From positions 3,239,461 through 3,303,460 of the forward strand of contig BFEA01000018.1 of assembly GCA_003427395.1 (NCBI GenBank): 64,000 nucleotides of DNA, in the 5' to 3' direction. Positions 24,601 through 34,669 of the stretch are shown one piece after another. A model generated the notes under the pieces. It had not been told where the DNA came from, made no database searches, and saw only the letters and a list, made by a program, of their open reading frames with translations. This DNA comes from Chara braunii. Taxonomy: Eukaryota; Plantae; Charophyceae. Made by a program: the position numbers and the translations under genes. Positions within the stretch are counted from its first letter, which is position 1; every line of letters starts with the position of its first letter.

Positions 24601-26887
24601 TTTTATTTTTATGATAAGGGGGTTGGAGAGATACAACCCCTTTCATTTTGATGTATTTGGATCCGTTTCCCAAAGCAGATACATCGGGGAAAAAGTTGTA
24701 TTTGGCTTTTTCCTCTATGACCCTTCCATTTTCAGGCTCCCTCTAAAAACGAGACCAGTTCCCTTTGGCAGTTTCAGTAACATCTCGTGAGGACAAGTGT
24801 CCTCACAAGAATGCTGCAAAAATAATAAACCCTAAAGAAAAATAAAACTACATCTAACTGCACACGCCTGACCCGTGTCTTGGCCAAATGCATGCTTGTT
24901 GGAACTAACAGCCTTTTCCCCTTTTCCCTCTGCCCTCCGCCCGAAAACAGGGAGTGTAGTTGTCATGCTGGGAACAACCTCCAATTTTCCCTTTTTCTCC
25001 CTCTCCAACTCCCTCAGCTTCTCCAACTCACGGCCACAGGTATTTGTTTCAGAACGAAGTGGGAGTCATTGTGCTCTCATACAATCTCAAAGACTGTTTT
25101 TTCCTATGAGGCAATGACCTCGTTTTGCTTTTGTTTTTTATTTATTTATTTACTTATTTATTTTTTTACTCGTTTCAACCTCCCCCCTCGTTTTTTTCCT
25201 TGCTGCCTGTGCCCCAACGGCCACGAAATGAGGGGGGGAACAAACAGGACCAAAAAAAAAAAAACGAAAAGCAGCAACCACTTTANNNNNNNNNNNNNNN
25301 NNNNNNNNNNNNNNNNNNNNNNNNNNNNNNNNNNNNNNNNNNNNNNNNNNNNNNNNNNNNNNNNNNNNNNNNNNNNNNNNNNNNNNNNNNNNNNNNNNNN
25401 NNNNNNNNNNNNNNNNNNNNNNNNNNNNNNNNNNNNNNNNNNNNNNNNNNNNNNNNNNNNNNNNNNNNNNNNNNNNNNNNNNNNNNNNNNNNNNNNNNNN
25501 NNNNNNNNNNNNNNNNNNNNNNNNNNNNNNNNNNNNNNNNNNNNNNNNNNNNNNNNNNNNNNNNNNNNNNNNNNNNNNNNNNNNNNNNNNNNNNNNNNNN
25601 NNNNNNNNNNNNNNNNNNNNNNNNNNNNNNNNNNNNNNNNNNNNNNNNNNNNNNNNNNNNNNNNNNNNNNNNNNNNNNNNNNNNNNNNNNNNNNNNNNNN
25701 NNNNNNNNNNNNNNNNNNNNNNNNNNNNNNNNNNNNNNNNNNNNNNNNNNNNNNNNNNNNNNNNNNNNNNNNNNNNNNNNNNNNNNNNNNNNNNNNNNNN
25801 NNNNNNNNNNNNNNNNNNNNNNNNNNNNNNNNNNNNNNNNNNNNNNNNNNNNNNNNNNNNNNNNNNNNNNNNNNNNNNNNNNNNNNNNNNNNNNNNNNNN
25901 NNNNNNNNNNNNNNNNNNNNNNNNNNNNNNNNNNNNNNNNNNNNNNNNNNNNNNNNNNNNNNNNNNNNNNNNNNNNNNNNNTTTTTTTTTTAAGTTGATG
26001 ATGCCGCTGGCATAAGCCAACGGCTACAAGAGTCAGCGTCTCACTTTGTTGATGCCTCCCGTCCCTACCTGAGTGCAAAACCGAGTTTGATTCCCACAGA
26101 GGAATCGAAAAACAAAATTTGGACTACTTCTCTGTTTATGCGTGTCATTCTTGCGCAGGGGCCATGCTATTCGCACGACTTTTTTTTCAACCGCGAGATC
26201 TGAAGATTTCGCGGTCGAAATTGACCGCGCCTCCATTCTACCCCAATGTGCAACTCCAAAAGGAGCCCAAGTAGGGTTTCGCCGGGGTCGATCCGGTATC
26301 CGTCAGGTGAGAATCTGGCATGTTATCCTACTGGGCTAACTCCTATTTCACACTAGATAATATTGAAGGGCTATGCCCAGCAGGAACAACCAGCACATAG
26401 TCAGTAGGCCTCCGCCTGCCCTCGCCTATTCTCTGACCCCTTGAGACAAACGTGCACCTATCCTCGTAGGGTAGAAGGCATGTCGCCCTGACATACCGCT
26501 ATCCGTTCCAAATCCCGGCGAGGCAACCCTTTAAAATATCAAGTCTGAATCTATACTTTCGTGTTGTGAGATAATGCGGTCATCTTTTTTTGCCTCGTTA
26601 AACCTTGAATCGTGTGGCTATCATTATTTTAGGTAGAACAGGTTTCTATTTTAGCATTTCCACTCCCGCTCCCCTTTGCGGCCCTGCTAGAAATTGTCGA
26701 CTACCGTCATACACAATCGTCCGGACTGAGGTTCAAAAAAATTATAGTCTCTCGGTCATTGGTTAATCTGAATGAACTTCTGGCAGACGTCAATCTCATC
26801 AAGTCCTTCAATTCAACGAAAAAGTCGGACAACGTCCGATATTGAAAAACCTAAGCAAATACCCTTGTAAGGGTTTCTGCTCCGATA
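21680..26887 (-). repeat. 3' LTR of element C (contains N gap 25286-25981)
   Basis: tgtcgagcg ... ctccgata; aligns along its sequenced length with 29395-34613. Confidence 0.85.
26114..26169 (-). pseudogene. U6: U6 snRNA 3'-half fragment embedded in the LTR
   Basis: The reverse complement reads TAGCATGGCCCCTGCGCAAGAATGACACGCATAAACAGAGAAGTAGTCCAAATTTT, matching the plant U6 3' half (AGC triad, ISL, 3' U tail). The 5' half and ACAGAGA box are missing. Confidence 0.9.
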
Positions 26888-26902
26888 GTATTCCCAGACC
26901 CC
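26888..26902 (-). promoter_or_regulatory. Putative polypurine tract of element C
   Basis: Minus strand ggggtctgggaatac directly abuts the 3' LTR; it is only moderately purine-rich. Confidence 0.4.
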
Positions 26903-27054
26903 ATTGAATTACTTCCACGTTTTTCATCATTTACTTTAAAGGTCAGGATTCGTATGGGAAAATTCATGTAAAAGGAACGATTACAGTACACAATAATTCC
27001 AACAATTGTTCAGAACTAAGTTGGGACTTTTCCACCAACATACAACAATACAAC

Positions 27055-27270
27055 AACAAAACTGGATTTAGCCTCTAGAAACCTTAACTTAATACAACAA
27101 AATTGAATTTAGCCTCTAGAAGCCTTAACTCAATACAACAAAACCGAATTTAGTTGTCAGAAGCCTTAACTCAATACAACTCATAAGTGGATGAAATGAT
27201 ACAAAATTTTGCCTCTGGCAAGCCTTATCCAAACTTGGACGCATGTCTAGCCCCTGAAAACCTTCAGTTT
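27055..27270 (-). repeat. Hairpin array C: three 41-bp tandem units plus two diverged units, 17-nt core tagcctctagaagcctt
   Basis: Cores at 27069, 27110 and 27151, diverged at ~27209 and ~27248. Flanks ttgaatt/aactcaa and ccgaatt/aactcaa pair fully on the minus strand using G-U. Confidence 0.75.
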
Positions 27271-28603
27271 AGAGGAACTTTTTTTAAATCATCCCAGCAT
27301 CATCCCACTGGCGGCCACTCAAAAGTTTTTCTCTCTGAATGGTACCGGAAGCTCTTCGACGAGTTCCAAAATGAAATTCATTTGGTTGATACCTTTGTTG
27401 TACCTTAGTATAACTCAAGTGAGTCAGGAATAACCCCTGACAGACCGCTCAAGCGTATCAACCTCCTGGAGTTGTTCAGACATAGTCTGAAAGACCCTTT
27501 TAGAGAGAAACTGTTTGTTCAAAGTTCTTCGTTCAAGCTTGAAACTCACCTCACTCCACATAAGTTATAATGCCCGTTATTTACGAACACCTTGTGATAG
27601 GCGTCGAGGAGTGGTGTAATCCACTTAACGGGATAGCATCTCTACATCAAGCCCCGATTTAGATTCGAGTCTGACCACATTCCTTTCGATTCCAGTGTTG
27701 TGATCTTGTCAATCCCCTGTACATAGAGTAGGACAACCCCACCTCATACAACCGAGGTTGACCAGACTTCGATTACAGAGATAAGGTGACTCTGTTTGAA
27801 ACGAGGTTAGGTGATCACTTCTCCCATCATAGCAAACAATAGTCGCCTACTTCTACATGCAGCGTTTCAGCAAGGCCTCAACACCTCCCTCCTTTTCAAT
27901 GATAGTGTAGTCTTTCTCCCTTAAATCACACAGGATTCGGAAGACAACATCCAACTACGGACCAGGAGCATAGATCCGGCACGAGCCTCACTACCATCGA
28001 GACAACTCACAAATCCATCAGAAATTTATCATAACATGATAACAGGCGTATGATCGTTTCATTCACGACACAAAAAGTTAAACATTATATTCAAAATCAA
28101 CTGTAAACAGTACAATTCACAACAATTCACAATGAACGCTTTCACATAGAATTTCATAAGGATTTTTGGTTCATCATCCCCCAATCACAACGAGGGTTCA
28201 TCCATATCACACGAAAAATGAACTTAGGAAAAAACGCTTTATAAAATATTGCATAAAATCAATAATCGATTGATAATAATCCAAAATTCAACGAGTAATA
28301 ACAATCGGCTGAACCTTGAAAAATATGAGCGTAGATCATGAGATCTGCAAGACTTAAAAATAATGCCTCAAAAATAAAATAACAGAGCCAAGACCATTAT
28401 AACTCCTCAATTTTTCCCACATGCGATCAATAAGCACATCTCTGATAAATTTGTCTTCCTTCTTAGCTGGGAAGATGGACACATTATTCCAATTTACACA
28501 GACTTCGTCCTCTCCTCTATTCACAATCCCGTTTTCAATATCAAGGCGTCTGCAAAATTTTATCTTATGACTTTAAATACCACAGTACACACATCTTCAG
28601 GGC

Positions 28604-29080
28604 TTATAATGAATGTATTTTCTTCATGTAATCCCTCTGATTCGAACATTCACCTTGTTCCTGTATGTTGATGCAGTGACTATTTTTATCATCATGTAGT
28701 GATGCAGTGACCATAGCTTGAGTCCCTTCACCTCGTTGAGTCAAGTTCCAAGCGACCCTCTCAACCTTAGTAAGCTCACGAGGTCGTTCTAACTGATCGG
28801 ACTCAGTCTGCTCTTTACTCTTTAATTCCACTATCTTCCTTTTCCCCTTACGATCCCTATTTTTAGATGATTCTGAGAACTTCGTAGCCATTAGTTTTTC
28901 AAACTCGCTCCAAGTCTTAGAGACTCTTAAAAGAAGCCGAATATCGGATTTCAACCTTTCATCAATGAAATTCAAAACAAAAAAGAATTTGTGTTGCTCC
29001 TCCCAAAACATTAACATTGCTAAGTTCCAGAATGCTTGCAGAAACTCAACAACCTCGCTACCTCCGAAGAGAGGAGCCAT
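28604..29080 (-). pseudogene. gag: gag N-terminal remnant of element C
   Basis: APLFGGSEVVEFLQAF..W..K..TWSEFEKLMATKF resembles Retrotrans_gag; it lies ~300 bp downstream of the PBS. Confidence 0.65.
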
Positions 29081-29374
29081 ATGAGTAAAAACTCCTTTTC
29101 GCCATCGTGTCGCCCTGCAGAAGGCATAAAATTATATTAATAATCGAACAACTGAAGTAATAAAATAATATTTTTTTGAGATAGAACTTAAACCTTCATC
29201 AATATTTTTAAAAATCACAATATCTGTAAATCTAATGCAATAATTAAAAAAATTATAAGAAATTTTAAACTTAATTTATGTATTATATAAACAAATATTT
29301 ATAATTCAATATTAATCATCAAAATTGAATTATCTCAGTGTCGTTCGAACAGGGACAACGGTAGTTTGTCGTTA

Positions 29375-29392
29375 TCCCCGGCAATGACACCA
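29375..29392 (-). promoter_or_regulatory. Primer-binding site complementary to tRNA-Asp
   Basis: Minus strand TGGTGTCATTGCCGGGGA versus the Athila-type TGGCGCCGTTGCCGGGGA (3 transitions); it starts 2 nt after the LTR end. Confidence 0.85.
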
Positions 29393-32121
29393 CCTGTCAA
29401 GCGCATCGGCCCCCGACTTTTTCTCACGAAGAGGGGGGGCACAACTTGCTTCCCCAAGGGGTTGTCACCACCCTTAGGGGCGTATTCCTACTGAGCTACT
29501 GACCTATGTGTGAAAGTTTTTAAATGCAACTGCAGAGGTAGGTCAGCCCATGGCGTTTGGTCGCTGACTTAATATAGGTACGAGCGGTTAAAACGCCTAT
29601 TGAACCCGAACGTCGCTCGTCCGTTAGAGCGCTGATCTCCGAAGTACGACGCGTACGTTGATCGATAAGGACGGTCTCAACAAAGTGTGAAACCCCCTTG
29701 TCTCTTTAAACACTAATAAAAAGAAAGCTATAACAACCACACATAGTTATATTAAAATGAGTCATCGTAATCAACATGAATATATATCCAATCTGAAATG
29801 ATAATCGAAGGAATCAAAATCATGATTAGATACATCCAATAACACAATATCAAAATAAACTCCGACCACCCTGGGTCGAACTCTACAAAAATCATACAAC
29901 CGTCAACAAGGAGTTGACTTTCAACAATACCATACAGCCGCCAACAAGGAGTTGACTTTCAACAATAACATAGATGCAACCGACAAAGTAGTCGGACAAC
30001 CTCCGTTTTGACTTGATGAGATACGCTGCCAAAGTTATTTATTTCAACCCACCGCCGACTTAAGATTAGACATGCACACACTTGTCTCCATACATTTTTA
30101 ATTTATTTGGATGACAGGCTGCTTTGCGGATGATTCCTGATTAGGTGCATTGCTTGCAATGTTGCATGTCTCTCCGTCTAGGAAGTGGTATTGGGTACTC
30201 CTCCTCGTACGAGCACAAGACTCGGATCTCAGAAGTCGGGTCGTCTCCACCGAATCGGTAAAGTATCTCTCCGTAGAACGGTCCACTCTGTCTCGATAAC
30301 AAGGTCGACTCTTAAAGCAACGAACCCCGCCCCATATGCTTCCTTGAAAAAGAGAACGAGTTCACCGCAAGTTTTTTTTAGTTGTTCTCGTTTTTTCCTG
30401 GTTAAGGTAATTTAGACGAAAAGAGTCAGAGATGATAGAGAATATCAATAATTTTGACAGGTATAGGTAGATAAGGTCATTCGGGATAGAAAGGGTCAAT
30501 CCTTGGGAAAAGCTAAGTCGATTTGACCTTATCTGCCATATTTCAATCGAATTCATTCTACGGTACACACATAATTAACGTTTTTCAAAATAACAAATCG
30601 TTTTTGGCATGCAGGTATGTGAAAAACAAAAGGAAGACAATAATTTTATTTTTTCTCAAATAGGCATAATCAATCTCCTTTGCAAGCATCCTTCTAACTA
30701 CCAATACACACAAAAACAACCACAGTCCAGAAAATCCAACAACTAATAATCTAGTCAGATCTCACTTTCCACATGCATGACCACACACGCTTTGTTCAAC
30801 CTTTTCTTCTGAACGTTCAAAACAAACAGGGTCAAGCAAAGGTTCACACAAGTGTGAAAAGGAATCTGAGTCAATCAATTGACCGACCTTGAATAAAGTG
30901 GTGCTGAATGCGCGCTGGCTCACTTAAGAAAGCTAAGTAGAAATATATTCGTCGCTGAAGAAAACCGTAGTCCCGAGGTAAGTCCTGACCGACAAATGGC
31001 CTCAATTCACCCTCCACTCGCACGTCTCGTACGTGGTGGCCCAAGTGTGAAGGTGAGCCGCACACGCTCCAAAAAAATTCATAAGTCTCACGTTAGTCCC
31101 TACTGGTCCCAGGTGGTTCTAAATGGTCCCGCACTATTCCTTCCAGCACCTGATGACGACAACCGTCAAAACCACTTCTACCAAGCCTCAAATAAAAAAC
31201 AATAAAGCCCGAGAGTGTTGATTCTCTCGACACCGTCCGTCCTACTCACATGCCCCGCTGGTCCCATAAGATCTCACTAAGCCAATGTCAATGGCCTTGC
31301 TACCGCTGACTCGCACATACAAAAAAAAACGACGTGTCGTTCCACCTTGACAAGCCTGGTCCAACCAACAAGCTATCATTGATACCTCTAGTGTCACCTG
31401 CTGCACCGCCTCAATAATCACGGTGTAATTTTTTCCCCTTCACCAGCGTTGACGGCGAGCCTTTTGATGTACCAAACATATCCAGCACTCTCCCTCCACT
31501 TAGTGCTGCCCGACGAACCCCTATTTCGGCGGCATAACACTGCAAAAATGATTGTCGTTGATGCCAAAAAAATTTGGCAACATTTTCCCTCAAAAGTAGG
31601 AAAACAGTCTGTCGAGGTCTGCCCGTTGGTACTACTTCCAATGAAGTTTTGATATCCCGCCATTGCCGCTAAAAACCACCATCAAATTAATGAAATTTTA
31701 GTCCCTGGACAAAATCAAGTTCCAAAACAGCTTCCTGTCGTGCCGCCTTGGTCCCGCAGAGTCCTGAGTGCCGCTCCACTGGACCAGCACCAGCTAGGGG
31801 AAGTGGAGCAGAGTGCTCCCTACCTCGGCTATGGGTCCCTTGCTCCTCTCGCGCTCCACTGCAGACCTCCGGCGTCCTCCCACATTGCCTCTGGCAGCTC
31901 CTCCAACAACCTAGCAGCACTAAAGTGTGTTTGTCACACACTGGCAACACGAATGTTTTCTATGTGGCATTTAGGGACAGTTGTCTGTTTTATAATGGCT
32001 GAGGAGGGTTGGACGTTACTCCAACCACGAGGCAAAACGCGGGTTCTTAGTGAGCCCTTGATTTGCCCAAGATCAAAGGCTAACTGTAGCCGCACAACAG
32101 CCTTTGACTTAGTGGGGGCAG

Positions 32122-32249
32122 GTTTTTTTTTTTTTTTTTTTAATGCTTCAATCTATTCGTGGGGAGCAGCACGTGTTGGGAACCGCGCCCAACGTCCCTT
32201 ATAATTGGAATACATCGATGATTGATGAAAAGTTCAAATGATTAAGGAA
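32122..32249 (-). mobile_element. Short poly(A)-tailed retroposed insertion with 12-bp TSD in the 5' LTR
   Basis: TSD tagtgggggcag at 32110-32121 and 32250-32261; a T19 run at the left end; the site is empty in the other LTR (~24489). Confidence 0.85.
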
Positions 32250-33822
32250 TAGTGGGGGCAGTTTCTTTAACTGCCCTATTTTTTTTTCTTTTGTTTTCCT
32301 CAGCTATCTCGGAATTTCACGAGATAGTTGAGGTCTTGGCATTTCCAAAACTGCTTTTCTTTTATTTTTTTGATAACCCCTTTCAGTTTGATGTATCTAG
32401 ACCTGTTTCCCAGGGCAGATACATCGGGGAAAAGGTTGTACTTAGCCTTTTCCTCTATGACCCTTTCATTTCCAGGCTCCCTCTAAAAACGGGAGCCTGA
32501 CAGTTATCTCTGATAGTTTCTACTAGTGGTAGCGTCTCGCGAGGACAAGTGTTCTCAGAAGAATGCTAGAAAAAGAATAAAAACCTAAAAGAAAAATAAA
32601 ACTACATCTAACTGCACGCGCCTGACCCTTACCTTGGTCAGGTGCATGCTTGTTAGAACTAACAGCCTTTTCCCCTTTTCCCTTTGCCCTCCCATGAAAA
32701 CGGGGACGATAGTTGTAAGGTTGGGAGAGGTAGGTCCTCCCTATCCTAGCCTCCCAATTTCCCTCCTCCTCCCTTTCCAACTCCCGCAGTTAAACTCACG
32801 TGCACACTATGAGCCGCGAGATGTTGGATCTCGCGGCCATAGGTATTCGTTTCAAAACGAAGTGGGAGCCATTGTGCTCCCATACAGTCTCAAAGACTGT
32901 TATTTCCTATGAGGCAACAACCTCGTTTTGCTTTTGTTTTTTATTTATTTATTTACTTATTTATTTTTTTACTCGTTTCAACCTCCCCCCTCGTTTTTTT
33001 CCTTGCTGCCTGTACCCCAACGACCATGAAATGAGGGGGGGAACAAACAGGAAAAAAAAAAAAAAAACGAAAAGCAGCAACCACTTTACCTGTACGTCCT
33101 CTCCCTCGACTGTGGAAACACAGACCTGAGTTTGAAACCAAGCCGACTGGGTGGGGCTAGTGTTTATTTTCATGTTCTGACTAACGGTTCATTCTGATTT
33201 TACTCAACCTATCGTTGGGGGTAGCGTGGGGCTATCTTGCAGGTAAGTTGACAACTCCTCTTTCTCTCTCTCTCTATCACACACACACACACACTCACAC
33301 ACACATACAAGTAGTTAGTGCATTCATCCGCATTATAGGGGTAGATTCAGTCGATTTTGCTCATTCTATCGATGAAAGTATTATGAGGTCATTCGCAAAG
33401 TTAGGAGCTTCGCCCGTTCGTTCTCAATGAGTGGCCGTTTTTCAGTAGCTCGTTAAAACGAGAACGAAAAAAGAAAATTCTAAAAAAGAAGAAAATTTAA
33501 AGAAAATCATCTACCTGAAATAAAAATTTTAAGCCAATGAATCTAAAAAGAAAATTTAAAAACAGGGGGAAAATCATCTTTCCTGAAATAAAAATGGTTG
33601 TCCATTTTCAACGGGCGCCTGCTGGACTATTTGGGGACTCTGGGTCCCTTGCCACTCCTCTGGGCGCCATGTGGCGCTGTTCGTTTTTTTTTTTTTTTTT
33701 TAGGTGATGATGCCATTGGCATAAGCCAACGGCCACAAGAGTCAGCATTTCACTTTGTTGATGCTTTCTCTCCCTACCTAAGTGCAGACTCGAGTTCGAT
33801 TCCCACAGAGGAATCGAAAATC

Positions 33823-33878
33823 AAAATTTGGATTACTTCTCGGTTTATACGTATCATCCTTGCGCAGGGGCCATGCTA
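33823..33878 (-). pseudogene. U6: U6 snRNA 3'-half fragment embedded in the LTR (second copy)
   Basis: aaaatttggattacttctcggtttatacgtatcatccttgcgcaggggccatgcta is the reverse complement of the U6 3' half. Confidence 0.9.
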
Positions 33879-34669
33879 TATTCGTGCGGCTTTTTTTCGG
33901 CCACGAGATCTAAGGATTTTACGGTCGAAATTGACGGCGCCTCCATTCCACCCCAATGCGCAGCTCCTTTAGAGCTAGCCGAAGTAGGGCTTCGTCGGGT
34001 TCGATCCTGGTATCCGCCAGGTGAGAATCTGGGATGTTATTCTACTGGGCTAGCTCCTATTTCACACTAGATAGGAGCAGCCGTTCAATATGAAGGGCTA
34101 TGCCTAGCGGGAACATCCAACGCACAGACAGCAGACCTCTGCCTGCCCTTGCCTATTTTTCGACCCCTTGAGGCAACCCGCGCCTATTCCCGTAGGGCAG
34201 GACACATGCCCCCCTGACATACCGATGTCAATTCAAAATCCCGGCAGGGCAACCTTTTAAAATATTAGGTGTGAATCTAGACTTTTGTGTCGTGAGATAA
34301 TGCGGTCATCCTTTATTGCCCCGTTAAACCCTGAATTGCGCGACTGTCATTATTTTAGGTAGAACAGGTCTAATCTCAGCATTTCAACGTCCATTCCCCT
34401 CTACGGCCCTGCTAGAAATTGTCGACTACCGTCATTACACAAGCATCCCAACTTAGGTTCATAAAATTTATAGTCTCTCGGTCATAGGCTAGTCTGAATA
34501 AACTTCTGGCAGATGTCAGTCTCATCAAGTCCTTCAATTCAACTAAAAAGTCGGATAGCGTCCGATATTCAAAAAACTGAGCAGATACCCTTGTAAGGGT
34601 TTCTGCTCCCACACCGGTTATCAACAGTATAAAAAAAAAAAAAAAACATTTTCACATGTTCAGGTTATC

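Larger units (their letters stand above)
21680..34613 (-). mobile_element. Non-autonomous Athila-like (Ty3/gypsy, tRNA-Asp primed) LTR retrotransposon, element C: two ~5.2-kb LTRs around a ~2.5-kb interior
   Basis: Collinear direct repeats at 21680-26887 and 29395-34613, PBS at 29375-29392, gag remnant at 28604-29080, purine-rich tract next to the 3' LTR; no pol. Confidence 0.85.
29395..34613 (-). repeat. 5' LTR of element C (~5.2 kb)
   Basis: tgtcaagcg ... ctcccaca; TG..CA termini; homologous to 21680-26887. Confidence 0.85.

Noticed and set aside
24880-26078. Long ORFs spanning N runs (also around 21530-21603, 43747-44235, 47954-47999 and 61112-61463)
   Set aside because: These are artefacts of assembly gaps translated as X.
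26114-26169. Functional U6 snRNA gene (also 33823-33878)
   Set aside because: Only the 3' half is present, the ACAGAGA box and 5' stem are missing, and there are substitutions.
31145-31180. Possible hammerhead core (ctgatga-cgacaaccgtc-aaaac)
   Set aside because: It lacks GAAA and stems I/III, and the other LTR does not conserve CTGATGA.
33990-34022. tRNA-like 3' end (gggttcgatcctggtatccgcca) in the LTR
   Set aside because: No acceptor-stem partner was found, and the motif is not preserved in the other LTR copy.
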